From: Candidatus Woesebacteria bacterium
GTDB lineage: Bacteria; Patescibacteriota; Saccharimonadia; Saccharimonadales; EFPC-124
Assembly: GCA_050115675.1 (NCBI GenBank)
Contig: JASFQB010000001.1
Coordinates: 96,616-160,615, forward strand
DNA length: 64,000 nucleotides
Direction: 5' to 3'
The notes under the pieces were generated by a model. It was not told the DNA's origin and ran no database searches. It saw only the letters and a list, made by a program, of their open reading frames with translations. A program made the position numbers and the translations under genes. Below, piece after piece: positions 30,214-40,807 of this stretch (its first letter is position 1; the number at the start of each line of letters is the position of its first letter).

Positions 30214-30571
30214 TTTTACCTCGTTTTCTTATTATTTTGTTGTTTTAAAAAAACAAGCCTGTTGCTTGCTTTTTTGAGTTTAGAAAAAAATTTTGTTACT
30301 GTAGCTAGTTGGGTAAAAATGCCTGCAAAATGCCAAAAAGGACACGCAACGTCATAAAAGCGAGGGAGGGGTGCCTCGTTTTGACGGGTGTCCTTTGGGC
30401 ATGCTAAAGTTACTGAGTCACACACAATTTGGTACTGACCAGTAAAACTACGCATAATAAATAATTGTATACACTGCTTGTATATAAATCAAGTAGATTC
30501 TAAAGTTATTATTGCCAACAGAGTGGCGGGGTCTGTATTTTTACTTAAATATGTTGTATAATATAATCGAT

Positions 30572-31018
30572 ATGACAAAGCAAATGTCCTCAATACTTGA
30601 CGGATATCCAGTTCCGCCAGAGTTTGACAAATACTGTTTAAAGCTTATTAGCACCAAAGAAATAGATTCGGTCAAAAAGCTTAAAGACTTTTGGCTTTAC
30701 GCTATTGAAGTTGGCAAAGAATATGGGCCAGAATACAGAGATGCCATAGCCGATTGGGCGATATATATTGCGCATTTTGCTACAAAGATACCAGGCATAA
30801 AAGCCGTAGGAGCGACTAAAAATGCAAACTTGTCTGTGGCATATCTGATGCTGCATTCGTATTGTCCTTTTACGCCTGGCGCAAGCACTTCTGATGAAGT
30901 GTGGACTCAAATAGAAGGAGTTGTTAAAGGCATAGAAACAAACAAAATGGCGCTGCATCAAAAGATATACTTTGACACAGCGCCGCAGCGCTTTTTAAAG
31001 CGGTATTTTAGGCGTTAG
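30572..31018 (+). CDS. Hypothetical protein.
   Basis: ORF. A -10-like tataat lies at 30559-30566. Confidence 0.4.
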   Translation: MTKQMSSILDGYPVPPEFDKYCLKLISTKEIDSVKKLKDFWLYAIEVGKEYGPEYRDAIADWAIYIAHFATKIPGIKAVGATKNANLSVAYLMLHSYCPFTPGASTSDEVWTQIEGVVKGIETNKMALHQKIYFDTAPQRFLKRYFRR

Positions 31019-31536
31019 TACAGCCTGTTTCGGGTTTTCTTAATAGCTCTAACTTCTTGTTCGCTAAGATATCTTAAGTCAACACCTTGCATGTATTTGG
31101 GGTCAACTGGCTCAAGCCAATGAGTTACGGTGCCGTCTTGCAATACGATATGTCCGTGATCGATATTATTTAGCGGATTGCTGCCTGCCCCGCCATAGTA
31201 AATATCCATGCGGCCTCTTTTGCTGGTAGAATTAAATACGCAGACGGCGCGGTAATCGCCCAGCCTGCCGTGCTCCATCCAAAATTCGGGATGGTTACGA
31301 TTGCCTCGGGCGCGTTCTGTCTGTACAATCTTGTGATACTCTGCGGTTTGCTCTGCTACATACCTATCAAGGTCGGCATCTGCGGCGGCATCCATGGCTA
31401 GCTTGCGCCTAAGGTCCTCGCGCTCGCGCCGAATTTCCCAAACCGATTTGCCCGTCAAAAACGACTCTACGCCCTCTTTGACTTGGTCAGTAATTTTGCC
31501 GACAATCCAAGACCCAGCCTCACCAAAAAAGCCCAT
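31015..31536 (-). CDS. Hypothetical protein.
   Basis: ORF only. Confidence 0.4.
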   Translation of the reverse strand: MGFFGEAGSWIVGKITDQVKEGVESFLTGKSVWEIRREREDLRRKLAMDAAADADLDRYVAEQTAEYHKIVQTERARGNRNHPEFWMEHGRLGDYRAVCVFNSTSKRGRMDIYYGGAGSNPLNNIDHGHIVLQDGTVTHWLEPVDPKYMQGVDLRYLSEQEVRAIKKTRNRLY

Positions 31537-31669
31537 TTTGGGCCTCCTAACAAAGTAGAGTAGCCCAGGAATCTCCTGTGCTTAAAGTATTTTATATTAA
31601 GCAGGGTAACTTGTCAAATTAACTATTTAAGGTTGGTGCTAACGGCTAAAAAATGGTATAATGACCTTA

Positions 31670-32479
31670 ATGAAAATATTAAATGGTGCAGAGTTAGCTG
31701 GTTTTATTAAAGAGCGCCAAGTGCAGCAGGTGCGAGGTTTGCGCCAGGCTTTAGGTGTTAAACCCAGGCTGGCTATTGTGCGCACTAATCCTGCACCAGT
31801 TGTAGACGCTTATATGCGCTTAAAACAGGGCTATGGCGAGGATATTTTGGTAGATGTTGATGTACATACAATTGACCAGTCGCAAGCTATTTTGCTTATA
31901 AAGCAGTTAAACGCTGACGAGTCAGTTCATGGCATAATTGTGCAGCTGCCAGTGCCCGATATCTCTCAAACAGATGAGATTTTAAATACGGTTGACCCCA
32001 AAAAAGATGTAGACGGACTAGGTCAAAACGCTATTTATGATGCTCCTACCCCGATGTCGGTCAACTGGCTACTTGCGGGATATAACATTGAGTTGCGAGG
32101 CAAGCAGATAGTTGTTGTGGGGCAGGGCAGACTTGTTGGCCGGCCTTTGGCAAGAATGTGGCAAAATTCTGGATTAAATGTTAGTGCTGTAGACAAAAAT
32201 ACTGATAATATTTCTGAAGTTATTTTGCAGGCAGACGTTATTGTGTCGGCCACTGGCGTACCAGGGTTAATTACAAGCAGTATGGTAAAAAACGGTGCAA
32301 TTGTGGTTGATGCTGGTGTTGCAACAGATAAAAACGGTCTTGTGGGCGACGTCGCTGCTGATGTGCGCGAACGCGACGATGTTACAATTACCCCCGAAAA
32401 AGGCGGAGTTGGTCCGTTAACGGTTTGTGCTTTGTTTGATAACGTTATTAGGGCTGCCCGAAAAAGCGCAGAGTCGTAA
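31670..32479 (+). CDS. folD: Bifunctional methylenetetrahydrofolate dehydrogenase / methenyl-THF cyclohydrolase.
   Basis: FolD motifs: LAIV..NPA..Y...K, HGIIVQLPVP, DVDGL, NAD-binding GQGRLVGRPLA. Confidence 0.85.
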   Translation: MKILNGAELAGFIKERQVQQVRGLRQALGVKPRLAIVRTNPAPVVDAYMRLKQGYGEDILVDVDVHTIDQSQAILLIKQLNADESVHGIIVQLPVPDISQTDEILNTVDPKKDVDGLGQNAIYDAPTPMSVNWLLAGYNIELRGKQIVVVGQGRLVGRPLARMWQNSGLNVSAVDKNTDNISEVILQADVIVSATGVPGLITSSMVKNGAIVVDAGVATDKNGLVGDVAADVRERDDVTITPEKGGVGPLTVCALFDNVIRAARKSAES

Positions 32480-32484
32480 AATAA

Positions 32485-32862
32485 TTATTTTTTAGATTTA
32501 GAAATTGCTTCTTTTATCTTTTTGACCACTTGGCTAGGTGTTAGGTCTGCTTTGACTATGTAAGATTGTACGTGTAGGCCGTCTAAAGATGATGGGGCTT
32601 CTTCTTCGCCTAGATTTGTTAAAACTAACACGGGAATGTCGCGACCCCAGGGTTGTTTACGAATAAGCGCAAGGGCTTCGGCGCCAGACATTTTGGGCAT
32701 TCTAAGGTCAAGTAAAATTACATCTGGTAGTATTTTTTCTACCAGGGCAACGCCTAGCTCGCCGTTTTCGGCAATTTGTACCTCAAAACCTTCGGCTTCG
32801 AACTTCATGCGATACATTTGCGAAATGACTGGGTCGTCTTCGATAATTGCAATGCGAGTCAT
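32485..32862 (-). CDS. Single-domain response-regulator receiver (CheY-like).
   Basis: Conserved residues in IAIIEDD, LLDLRMPKMSG and PVLVLT. Confidence 0.75.
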   Translation of the reverse strand: MTRIAIIEDDPVISQMYRMKFEAEGFEVQIAENGELGVALVEKILPDVILLDLRMPKMSGAEALALIRKQPWGRDIPVLVLTNLGEEEAPSSLDGLHVQSYIVKADLTPSQVVKKIKEAISKSKK

Positions 32863-32930
32863 ACTATTACCATAACATATCCAAACTGACACCCACAAAA
32901 ACGTAGGTGCCAGTTTTGTTGAGTGCTATG

Positions 32931-33194
32931 TTAAAAATCTGGCAGGTTGTCTAGGTTATCTGTGCCTGTTTCGTCTGGCTCGCTGCGTAAATACATGCCG
33001 TCTTTTACGCCTGGATCATGAACTACTATTACCTCAATATCGTCGCCGGTTCCGCTGGTTGTTGTGTATGTTTGTGCGCCACTTTCAATATCTTGAATGG
33101 CTTCCATCTTTGTAGCCATGCCCCAGCTGCCTTTGATGGCGGTAATGTCGCCATCATTATCTTTTCTAGTGTGAGTGATAAGTCTTGTGCTCAT
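32931..33194 (-). CDS. DUF3892-like small protein.
   Basis: Pattern DITAIKGSWG...TYTTTSG..IEVIVVHDPGVKDGMYLRSEPDETGTDNLDNLP matches the DUF3892 fold family. Confidence 0.45.
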   Translation of the reverse strand: MSTRLITHTRKDNDGDITAIKGSWGMATKMEAIQDIESGAQTYTTTSGTGDDIEVIVVHDPGVKDGMYLRSEPDETGTDNLDNLPDF

Positions 33195-33329
33195 ATCTTC
33201 CTTGCTAAGTTAGTTAATCCTATAAATATAGTATCAAGCTTGTAGATGATCTATCAAATGAGCGTTACTGCCTATTTACTTTTTGTATTGATAGTGTTAT
33301 ATTTTTGACATAAGGTCAATTTTACCATC

Positions 33330-34838
33330 ATGACACCTATATCACCTTGGCCTAAATTTTACGAAGACCCGAATCGTTTGATTCAGGACTTGAACAAAGT
33401 GCCTGAACAAACTTGGCGCGAGCGAGCAGAGCAATCTGCCCTCGCGCTTTTTTGTTCTGCGTCCAGTAGAGTTCCGGCCTATAAAAAATTTTTAAAAACC
33501 AATGGCGTTGACCCTAAAAAAGTCAAAACAATAGCAGATTTTGCCAAGCTGCCGCACATTACTAAAGAAAACTATTTGCGCCAGTATCCATTGGCCGAAT
33601 TGGCATGGGATGGCAAGATCGGCAGCGCAAGTATGGTAAATCGCAGTTCTGGCTCTAGTGGTCAGCCGTTTTATTGGCCAAGCGATCAAAGTCAGCGCAA
33701 CGAAGTTGGCGCGGCTTATGACATTGTTTTTAGCCAAATGTTTGGCATGCGTCAGTTAAAAACCTTGGTTATTATTGCTTATGGCATGGGAAGTTGGGTT
33801 GCTGGCACGACCACGCTTTTGTCATCTATAGAATATATGAACAAATATGACTGCATGTTTATCACTCCTGGTTACAATAAAAACGAGGTGATAGAAATTT
33901 GCAAAAACCTTGGTCCAAATTTTGATCAGGTGGTTATTTGCGCATACCCACCTTTAATAAAAGAAATAATTGATGCAGGTGAGGACGTGGGCATTGACTG
34001 GCCAAAGTTAAGTCCAAAGTTTATCTTTGGCGCAGAGGCTTTTGGCGAGGAATTTAGAGATTATATTTTAGAGCAAGTGGGGTCGAATAATCCGTTTTTG
34101 GACACTATGAATACAATTGGCTCGGCCGATGCCATGATTATTGGTCACGAAACTCCAATTTCTATTGCTTTGCGCAGAATGATTCATGCTAGTCCAAAGT
34201 TTCATGACCAGGTCTTGGGTAGCGGGCGCATGCCAACTTTGGCTCAGTACTATCCTTGGCAAAAATATTTACAGGTTGAGGATAGCGAGCTTTTAATAAC
34301 CAGCAATGGCGCAATACCTTTGATAAGATACAATATTCATGATAATGCAAAAGTGTTTACCTATGGTGAGCTGGACGAAATCGCCAAAACATATGGTCAC
34401 GAAGGAATTGTCGAGGCTTTGCCTGCAAATTTGCGCTATAGATACAATTGGCAGCTGCCTTTTGTGTTGCTTTACGGAAAAAGCACAAACGCACTGAAGT
34501 TTTATGGGGCCATTGTATATCCCGAAAACGTAAAAGCTGCACTAGAAAAACCGGCTTGGGCGCATTACTTTACGGGTAAGTTTAAGATGGAAAAATACTA
34601 TGACGCTAGGCAAAGTCAGCGTTTACGCTTGCATTTAGAACTGTCTCCTGGGGCTGTGACAGATGAGGTTGATATAAAATCATTGCAAAAAAACATTGTA
34701 GAAACGCTGTGCGAGATGAACAGCGAGTATAGGTCATCTTATCGCGACACGGGGAGTAAGGCGATTCCGGCAGTTAAGCTAATCAATTATGGTCAATTCG
34801 AGCTTAACAACAACAATAATAAGCATAGGTATGTGTAA
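33330..34838 (+). CDS. Adenylate-forming enzyme of the phenylacetate-CoA ligase / CapK / F390-synthetase family.
   Basis: P-loop-like SSGSSGQPF (like SSGTTGKP of PaaK), about 500 aa with a two-subdomain layout. Confidence 0.6.
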   Translation: MTPISPWPKFYEDPNRLIQDLNKVPEQTWRERAEQSALALFCSASSRVPAYKKFLKTNGVDPKKVKTIADFAKLPHITKENYLRQYPLAELAWDGKIGSASMVNRSSGSSGQPFYWPSDQSQRNEVGAAYDIVFSQMFGMRQLKTLVIIAYGMGSWVAGTTTLLSSIEYMNKYDCMFITPGYNKNEVIEICKNLGPNFDQVVICAYPPLIKEIIDAGEDVGIDWPKLSPKFIFGAEAFGEEFRDYILEQVGSNNPFLDTMNTIGSADAMIIGHETPISIALRRMIHASPKFHDQVLGSGRMPTLAQYYPWQKYLQVEDSELLITSNGAIPLIRYNIHDNAKVFTYGELDEIAKTYGHEGIVEALPANLRYRYNWQLPFVLLYGKSTNALKFYGAIVYPENVKAALEKPAWAHYFTGKFKMEKYYDARQSQRLRLHLELSPGAVTDEVDIKSLQKNIVETLCEMNSEYRSSYRDTGSKAIPAVKLINYGQFELNNNNNKHRYV

Positions 34839-35995
34839 TGTTAAAAACTTCTTTAGTGCCATTTTGGCAGTCACCTAAAATATTGTCTGTAAAAACAGAA
34901 GATGATTTTGCCGAGGTACAAAAACTTTACGATAGTGGTCAAGTGAGGCAGTTTTTTGACTCGGCAGAGCTTGCTATAAACGAACTTTACGACATTTCTT
35001 ACCCAGAGCAAAAAGATCTTCCAAAAAGCCAAAAAACAAATTACGACAATTTTGCAAAAAAATATTTATGGCCAAAAGGTGACTTTGTATTTTATCAGCA
35101 CAATGGATTGCTGGTAAGATTTTTAGGTTGTGAAGAACTTAGGGCGCTGCGCACTTCGCGTAATCGTAATTTAATTACAAGGCAAGAGCAAGATAAGCTT
35201 TACAGATCAAAAATTTTTGTTGCAGGTATGAGTGTGGGTAGTAATATTGTAGAATCGCTAGTAACGAGCGGTGTTGGTGGGTGTCTGGCTCTGGCGGATA
35301 TGGATATAATAGAACCTAGCAATTTAAATAGAATCCGTGTGCCATATTGGCACGTTGGAATGCATAAATGCGACTCTGTCGCAATTAGAATGAACGAAAT
35401 TGATCCGTACTTGCATTTTGATTTGCATAAAAAGGGCATAGACATGCAAAATATCAGGCAAATCATAGAAGAATCCAAGCCAGACATAATTGTTGACGAA
35501 GTAGACCAAATCCAAGTTAAAATTGCTTTGCGTCGTTTAGCAAAACAAAAAAGGATTGCTGTTGTTTCTGCGGCAGATGACGGTGACGATGCGTTGCTTG
35601 ATATCGAGCGTTACGACACCGATGCTGATTTGCCAATTTTTAATGGCTTGGTTCCAGAAGATGTTGTAAGAGGGCTCGAGGATGCAAACGACATGCCGCG
35701 GCAACAACTTGGTTTGTTGATTGGTAAATATTTTGTTGGCTCAAAAAACATACCATTGCGCATGTTTGAGTCGTTGGGTGAGGTTGGCAAAACGTTACCA
35801 AGTTGGCCGCAGCTGGGGAGTGCCGCAACTCAATCTGGCCTAGCGGTCGCATACGCGTGCAGAAAGATTTTATTAAATCAGCCAATTAAAGCAGGCAGAT
35901 CTGTAATAGGTTGCGACGCGGCTCTTTTCAGTGATAAAAGCGATTCAAAAAAACTAAAGATCTACCAAGATCAGTTGGATAAGTTTAAATTCTAG
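34838..35995 (+). CDS. ThiF/MoeB/E1-like adenylyltransferase-fold protein with an N-terminal extension of about 130 aa.
   Basis: Rossmann IFVAGMSVGSNIVESLVTSGVGGCLALADMDIIEPSNLNRI. Overlapping stop/start (TAATG) with the upstream gene. Confidence 0.6.
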   Translation: MLKTSLVPFWQSPKILSVKTEDDFAEVQKLYDSGQVRQFFDSAELAINELYDISYPEQKDLPKSQKTNYDNFAKKYLWPKGDFVFYQHNGLLVRFLGCEELRALRTSRNRNLITRQEQDKLYRSKIFVAGMSVGSNIVESLVTSGVGGCLALADMDIIEPSNLNRIRVPYWHVGMHKCDSVAIRMNEIDPYLHFDLHKKGIDMQNIRQIIEESKPDIIVDEVDQIQVKIALRRLAKQKRIAVVSAADDGDDALLDIERYDTDADLPIFNGLVPEDVVRGLEDANDMPRQQLGLLIGKYFVGSKNIPLRMFESLGEVGKTLPSWPQLGSAATQSGLAVAYACRKILLNQPIKAGRSVIGCDAALFSDKSDSKKLKIYQDQLDKFKF

Positions 35996-36060
35996 AACCC
36001 TCACTGTTTTCAGTGAGGGTAAGTGCTTAGCTTCTTGAGTCAAATTTTTTATCAGTTAAG

Positions 36061-36899
36061 CTATTTGGCAATTGTCAAAACATTGCTTGACAATAATCTG
36101 GGAGCGCGTGGCATCTGTTTTTTTGCCTTCCCAATGCGCACAAGAGCCACGGGTAATTCTGAAGTGCCAAATGCATTTTGTAGAATTTCTCTGCTGGGGG
36201 GATATTCTATTGATGCGCCCAGCACGGTTGCGTCTAGTTGATTGTGTGAAACATGCAAAAGTAGATTTTGCAAGGTTCTTCCCGCTTGTATCCAATGCAA
36301 AATGTCGTCTTCGTCTGTGCAAATTAGCGCCAATATTGGCGCATTAGATAGGTTTTTTTGATCTTTTTTTGCTTGAGAAATTTGAATTGGGAGGTTTTTT
36401 ATTAGTGTTTTTGCAACAATCGAAACGGGTCCAGGTATGCCCTGAATTGCTGCGGGCATACCAGTATACTGACTTGTCCAATTTGGGTGAACCCACATAG
36501 AGAGTTCGTGTCTAAACTGTTTTGTCATTAAGCTCTTAACTGCTAAGTTTGCTGCTTGGCCAACTTTTTGTTTAGATTTTTGTCGGTTATAAGATGAATT
36601 GAGGCGCCATCGATCTCTAGCTGTTTTGCGGGTAGTAGTTTGTTTATGGCGATGGATCTTTTGTGATAATTGCTGTGATTGCACTGTCTTGATGTAAGCT
36701 GACAGAGTTGCTTTTTATTGGGCCATTTTACAGATATCTTTGCAATTGGTTGTTTTTTGGTTTGTAGCTTTATTCTATATTCAATTTTGTAAGCGTCTGC
36801 CGCTAATGCAATGTTTTGAATTGCCGCACCAATGCTTAGATAGGCCTGGCGCATTACCTTGTCTGACACGGGCAATGTTCGACTGGACTCTAAAGACAC
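36061..36899 (-). pseudogene. Nitroreductase-family gene split into two overlapping frames (36543..36899 and 36061..36684). Possibly frameshifted.
   Basis: Both pieces carry nitroreductase-like C-terminal motifs (SIGAAIQNIALAADAY; AGRTLQNLLLHVSHNQLDATVLG). The two ORFs overlap by about 140 nt in different frames. Confidence 0.35.
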
Positions 36900-37084
36900 G
36901 TAAATTGTTGAGAATTTTTTATCTATTTTAAACTTCCAGGGCTGTGCATTGTGTGCAGATGGAGCAATTAGTGCGTAGCCGATCTTTGTTGTTTATTTTT
37001 GACAAATCTTCAGGGGTGATCTGCCATGCTTTATGATTAGGTTTCACTTTAGTCTAATCCTTACTATAATAAAAGTATTCAATT

Positions 37085-39229
37085 ATGCTTTTGCTTTTTG
37101 TAACAATTCTGGCATTGTCCGCTCAAATACTCTTGGCTTTGGTTGTGCTACTTAAAGACAGCTCTAGCCTGCGCAATAGGGCGTTTGGATTGCTGTCGAT
37201 GGCGCTACTTATTTGGGCCGCCTTAAATTATTACGATGCAATCCCTGGCATGCCGCATGATATCTATGTTATCCGTTCTATCATGTTTTTTGCTGTACTG
37301 CAAAACATTTTCTTTGTTTTATTTAGCTTCTCTTTAAAAAATAAGCCACTAAAGTTTGGGCTGCGGTTTTGGGCTTATGGATTAATTAGCATAATTGCGG
37401 GAACCATGTGCTATACGCCGTTTATGTTTTCGGAGGTGGGTGTGGGTGGCTACCCTGTTGCGCAGCCTGGGATGCTAGCGTTTTTGATTCATGCAATTGT
37501 GTCAGTTGCTGCTGGCTTTAAGAGTGTTGTTGGCGAATACAAAAAGTCTGTAGGGGTGTACCGCAGGCAATTGTTGTATATCCTACTAGCTTCTGTGGTT
37601 TTGTGGGGAATTGTGCCGCTAACTAATTTTGTTTTGTCTATGACCTTAAGAACTGCTGTATTTTCTGCTGTTAGTCCGTTGTATTCGTTTGTTTTTTCTA
37701 CTTTAATCGCTTATGCAATTATTAGGCATCGTTTATTTGATATTAGACTGGCGATTGCCAGGGCTTTAACGTATCTTTTGCTGTTTGCAACTTTGGTTTT
37801 GGGCTACGCACTAATGGTGTTTGGGATAATTCAGCTGTTTTTTGCAGACCAATCTGGCATAACTCCAGAGCAAAACGCCATTTATATTGCTGCTGCTTTG
37901 TTTTTGGCAGTAACATACGAGCCTTTAAAGCGCTTTTTTAGGCGCTGGACAAACAAGGTTTTCTTTCAGGATGCTTACGACACCAAGTACGTAATAGATC
38001 AAGTGACTTCTGTTTTGGTGCGTGCATCTGGCCTAAGCGATATTTCTAGGCAGTCGCTTGAAGTACTTACTGCGTATTTAAAGGTAGAGTGTGCTGCTGT
38101 AATTATTCCTGATGGAGATGAATTTCCGCAAGGGCGAATCGTAATAGTCGGTCATAAAAAAGTTGATTACAACGATATACTGCAAAAACTGCCGAAAAGG
38201 CTAGCTAGCGTAACGTTAATAGACGATTTTAGCAATCCCGAAAGTCAAACCTACAAACTAATGCGCCTTTATAATATTGCAGCGTGCGTGCGCTTAGAAA
38301 GCTCTAAAGAGCAAATTGGCTACATGATGCTCGGGTTTAAGCAAAACGGTCATGCGTACACCAACCAAGATGTAGAGCTGATTAGAATTGTGGCGGACGA
38401 GTTGGCTGTGGCGGTTCAAAATACGCTGCGTTTTGAAAAGATTGCGGCCTTTAATCAAACTCTTCAACAAGAAATAGAAGATTCTACAAAACAGCTGCGC
38501 GCCAACAACAAAAAACTGCAAGAGCTAGACGAAGCAAAAGATGAGTTTATCAGCATGGCCTCACATCAATTGCGTACGCCGCTTACGAGTGTTAAAGGCT
38601 ACCTGTCAATGGCGTTAGAGGGCGATGCTGGTGAATTAAAGCCAGGTCAAAAAAAGCTGATAGAAGAAGCCTACAGCAGTGCTCAGCGTATGGTTTACAT
38701 GATTTCTGACTTTTTAAACATTTCGCGCATTAAAACAGGTAAGTTTGTTTTAGAACGCGAAACTGTGCGCTTACCTCAACTTATAAAAGAAGAGCTGCCA
38801 CAGATAGAGTCTACGGCAAAGTCGCGTGGCATAACAGTAAACGTGTTTTTGCCAGAGCACTTTCCGGCTTTGCGTCTTGACGAGAACAAGATTCGCCAAG
38901 TGATAATGAATTTTATGGATAACGCTACGTTTTATTCAAATAGTGGCGGCAACATAGACATCGAGCTTACTCAAGATGGTAAAGACGTGATGTTTACAGT
39001 AAAAGACGATGGTATTGGTGTGCCAGACAAAGAACAAGCAAAAATATTTACCAAGTTCTTTAGAGCTTCAAATGCGCGTCATATGCGCCCTGACGGCACG
39101 GGTCTTGGGCTGTTTATGGCCAAAAAAGTCATAACCGCGCACGATGGCGAACTAGTATTTAAAACAGCAGAAAACAAAGGCAGTACGTTTGGGTTTAGGC
39201 TGCCAATTGGGCCAAATAAGGCAAGGTAA
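37085..39229 (+). CDS. Sensor histidine kinase with an N-terminal multi-TM sensor, a GAF-like domain, HisKA and HATPase_c.
   Basis: About 7 N-terminal TM helices, a GAF-like region, H-box MASHQLRTPLTSVKGY and a G-box GTGLGL. Confidence 0.85.
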   Translation: MLLLFVTILALSAQILLALVVLLKDSSSLRNRAFGLLSMALLIWAALNYYDAIPGMPHDIYVIRSIMFFAVLQNIFFVLFSFSLKNKPLKFGLRFWAYGLISIIAGTMCYTPFMFSEVGVGGYPVAQPGMLAFLIHAIVSVAAGFKSVVGEYKKSVGVYRRQLLYILLASVVLWGIVPLTNFVLSMTLRTAVFSAVSPLYSFVFSTLIAYAIIRHRLFDIRLAIARALTYLLLFATLVLGYALMVFGIIQLFFADQSGITPEQNAIYIAAALFLAVTYEPLKRFFRRWTNKVFFQDAYDTKYVIDQVTSVLVRASGLSDISRQSLEVLTAYLKVECAAVIIPDGDEFPQGRIVIVGHKKVDYNDILQKLPKRLASVTLIDDFSNPESQTYKLMRLYNIAACVRLESSKEQIGYMMLGFKQNGHAYTNQDVELIRIVADELAVAVQNTLRFEKIAAFNQTLQQEIEDSTKQLRANNKKLQELDEAKDEFISMASHQLRTPLTSVKGYLSMALEGDAGELKPGQKKLIEEAYSSAQRMVYMISDFLNISRIKTGKFVLERETVRLPQLIKEELPQIESTAKSRGITVNVFLPEHFPALRLDENKIRQVIMNFMDNATFYSNSGGNIDIELTQDGKDVMFTVKDDGIGVPDKEQAKIFTKFFRASNARHMRPDGTGLGLFMAKKVITAHDGELVFKTAENKGSTFGFRLPIGPNKAR

Positions 39230-39235
39230 AGAGTT

Positions 39236-39454
39236 TTAAAATAGCCTGACAAGTTCGTAAATCAGCCAAGAAAATATTAACACTCCGCCAACAATGTAGG
39301 ATATGACTTTGACTTGGCGCTTGTGCTCAAGCCACCACTCGCCAAAACGGCTGCGCTGTACGGCCTGGTAATGGTGCACGACGGGCGCACGTGATTTGGC
39401 GTCCTTGCCCCTGTAGGCCTTATTGCGCTTTTTAGAAATCTTTTTAGAACTCAT
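39236..39454 (-). CDS. Small basic membrane protein (hypothetical).
   Basis: Lys/Arg-rich N-terminus and a C-terminal TM helix. Confidence 0.3.
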   Translation of the reverse strand: MSSKKISKKRNKAYRGKDAKSRAPVVHHYQAVQRSRFGEWWLEHKRQVKVISYIVGGVLIFSWLIYELVRLF

Positions 39455-39525
39455 AATGGTTGAATTATAGCAAAAAATAAACCGCCCTGCGCAAAAGATA
39501 AACTTTGTGCAGGGCGGTTTTGTTT

Positions 39526-40296
39526 TTATCGCATCTTGTCCCTAAACTTGGCAATCTCGTTTGGTGACAGTTTTGAAAGCCTTTGCCAGACTTCTTCTGG
39601 GCAGTCTTTCCATAGCTCCCTTTGCTTATCAAGATACTCGTCATGTCCACATGTGGGTGGCCAAAACTTAATGTCGAGCCATTCGGTCAAACTTTCGCTT
39701 GATGGAGCTGGAGCAATGTAGCAGTGCACCTTGTCTAAAAGTGCTATTATGGCATAGGCTACGTTGATTGGCGCTTTGTGTCTAATTCGTAGATCTTCTG
39801 TCAGAGTAGCGCTTAGCCGCATTTCTGCTGCGCATGAGTTTGCAAGCCTAAACTCCATTCCTGACCCAATTGACCTACCAGGCGTAGGCATAAAGTGAGG
39901 TAAGTCTCGCCAGTATTCTCCTCTAAAAAGCCGTGGAGCGTAGTCGTCATAGATATAGTCGGGTTCATCCGTGCCGTAGTGGCTTTTGATGTATGTACGT
40001 CGTGGTAGAAGGCTTGACGACAGCTTGGCGCTTAAGCCAAGCTCCCAATTTGACATTACATGACCCGCTGTATAGTGTTTACCCTCGTTCAAAATGGCAT
40101 ACACAACTCCACAGGCTTGCGGCACTTCAAAAATCAACATGGTACTGCGATATGTGAATGTGCATGGTTCGTACACTCTGCCCAGGTGTGTAAAACGCAG
40201 TCCGGTGCGCGAAGTAATTTGATTAACTACGTCTTGGATGTAAGCTGGCGTTGCCAGGTGTTTCATCCAGCGGTTTGGATTGCTTTGGCGTGCCAT
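39526..40296 (-). CDS. Hypothetical protein.
   Basis: ORF. Start uncertain (40296 or 40338). Confidence 0.4.
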   Translation of the reverse strand: MARQSNPNRWMKHLATPAYIQDVVNQITSRTGLRFTHLGRVYEPCTFTYRSTMLIFEVPQACGVVYAILNEGKHYTAGHVMSNWELGLSAKLSSSLLPRRTYIKSHYGTDEPDYIYDDYAPRLFRGEYWRDLPHFMPTPGRSIGSGMEFRLANSCAAEMRLSATLTEDLRIRHKAPINVAYAIIALLDKVHCYIAPAPSSESLTEWLDIKFWPPTCGHDEYLDKQRELWKDCPEEVWQRLSKLSPNEIAKFRDKMR

Positions 40297-40438
40297 GTGC
40301 CTCTCCTGTCTGCTGTCAGAAAGAACGAGTAACCTCATAATTATAGCACTTCTAGTGGCTTAGGCTCTAGACATTATATCTATTAGTGATATAATGTCTA
40401 GTTGTCTGTTAGTGCACATACAAGAAAGAGGTATTGAT

Positions 40439-40750
40439 ATGGCTGGCAGGTATGATCTGGGGGCACTCAATGCTCAACCTGCTAATGAAGCAACCCCCGT
40501 CGAGCGGAAGTTCTTGCGTTTGCTCGCCTCGTCTGGCTGGGATGTTCGCAGCGGCCGTGCTTGGGTCTTTACTGACAATAACATGCTCCACGTATTGCTG
40601 AAGATCGCCTCGGGCACGGTGGTTATTGTCCCCTGCCGTGATGCGTTTGTGCCCATTTATCACACGGATCACGACGGCTTCTCTCGAACTCTAGCGGGCC
40701 TTCGGCCCGGGCTTACGCCGCAGGAATTTGAGGAAGTTATCGCTTGGTAA
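40439..40750 (+). CDS. Hypothetical protein.
   Basis: ORF with a strong terminator downstream. Confidence 0.4.
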   Translation: MAGRYDLGALNAQPANEATPVERKFLRLLASSGWDVRSGRAWVFTDNNMLHVLLKIASGTVVIVPCRDAFVPIYHTDHDGFSRTLAGLRPGLTPQEFEEVIAW

Positions 40751-40807
40751 GGCCTAGGGCGTAGTCACGAATGTGCTACATTTAGGTTGGTTAGTGCAAT
40801 AATTTTT

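Noticed and set aside
30216-30455. 79-aa minus-strand ORF in the 29518/30572 divergent spacer.
   Set aside because: It overlaps promoter and hairpin-rich sequence, has no RBS and has a low-complexity composition. It is treated as possible regulatory RNA or DNA instead.
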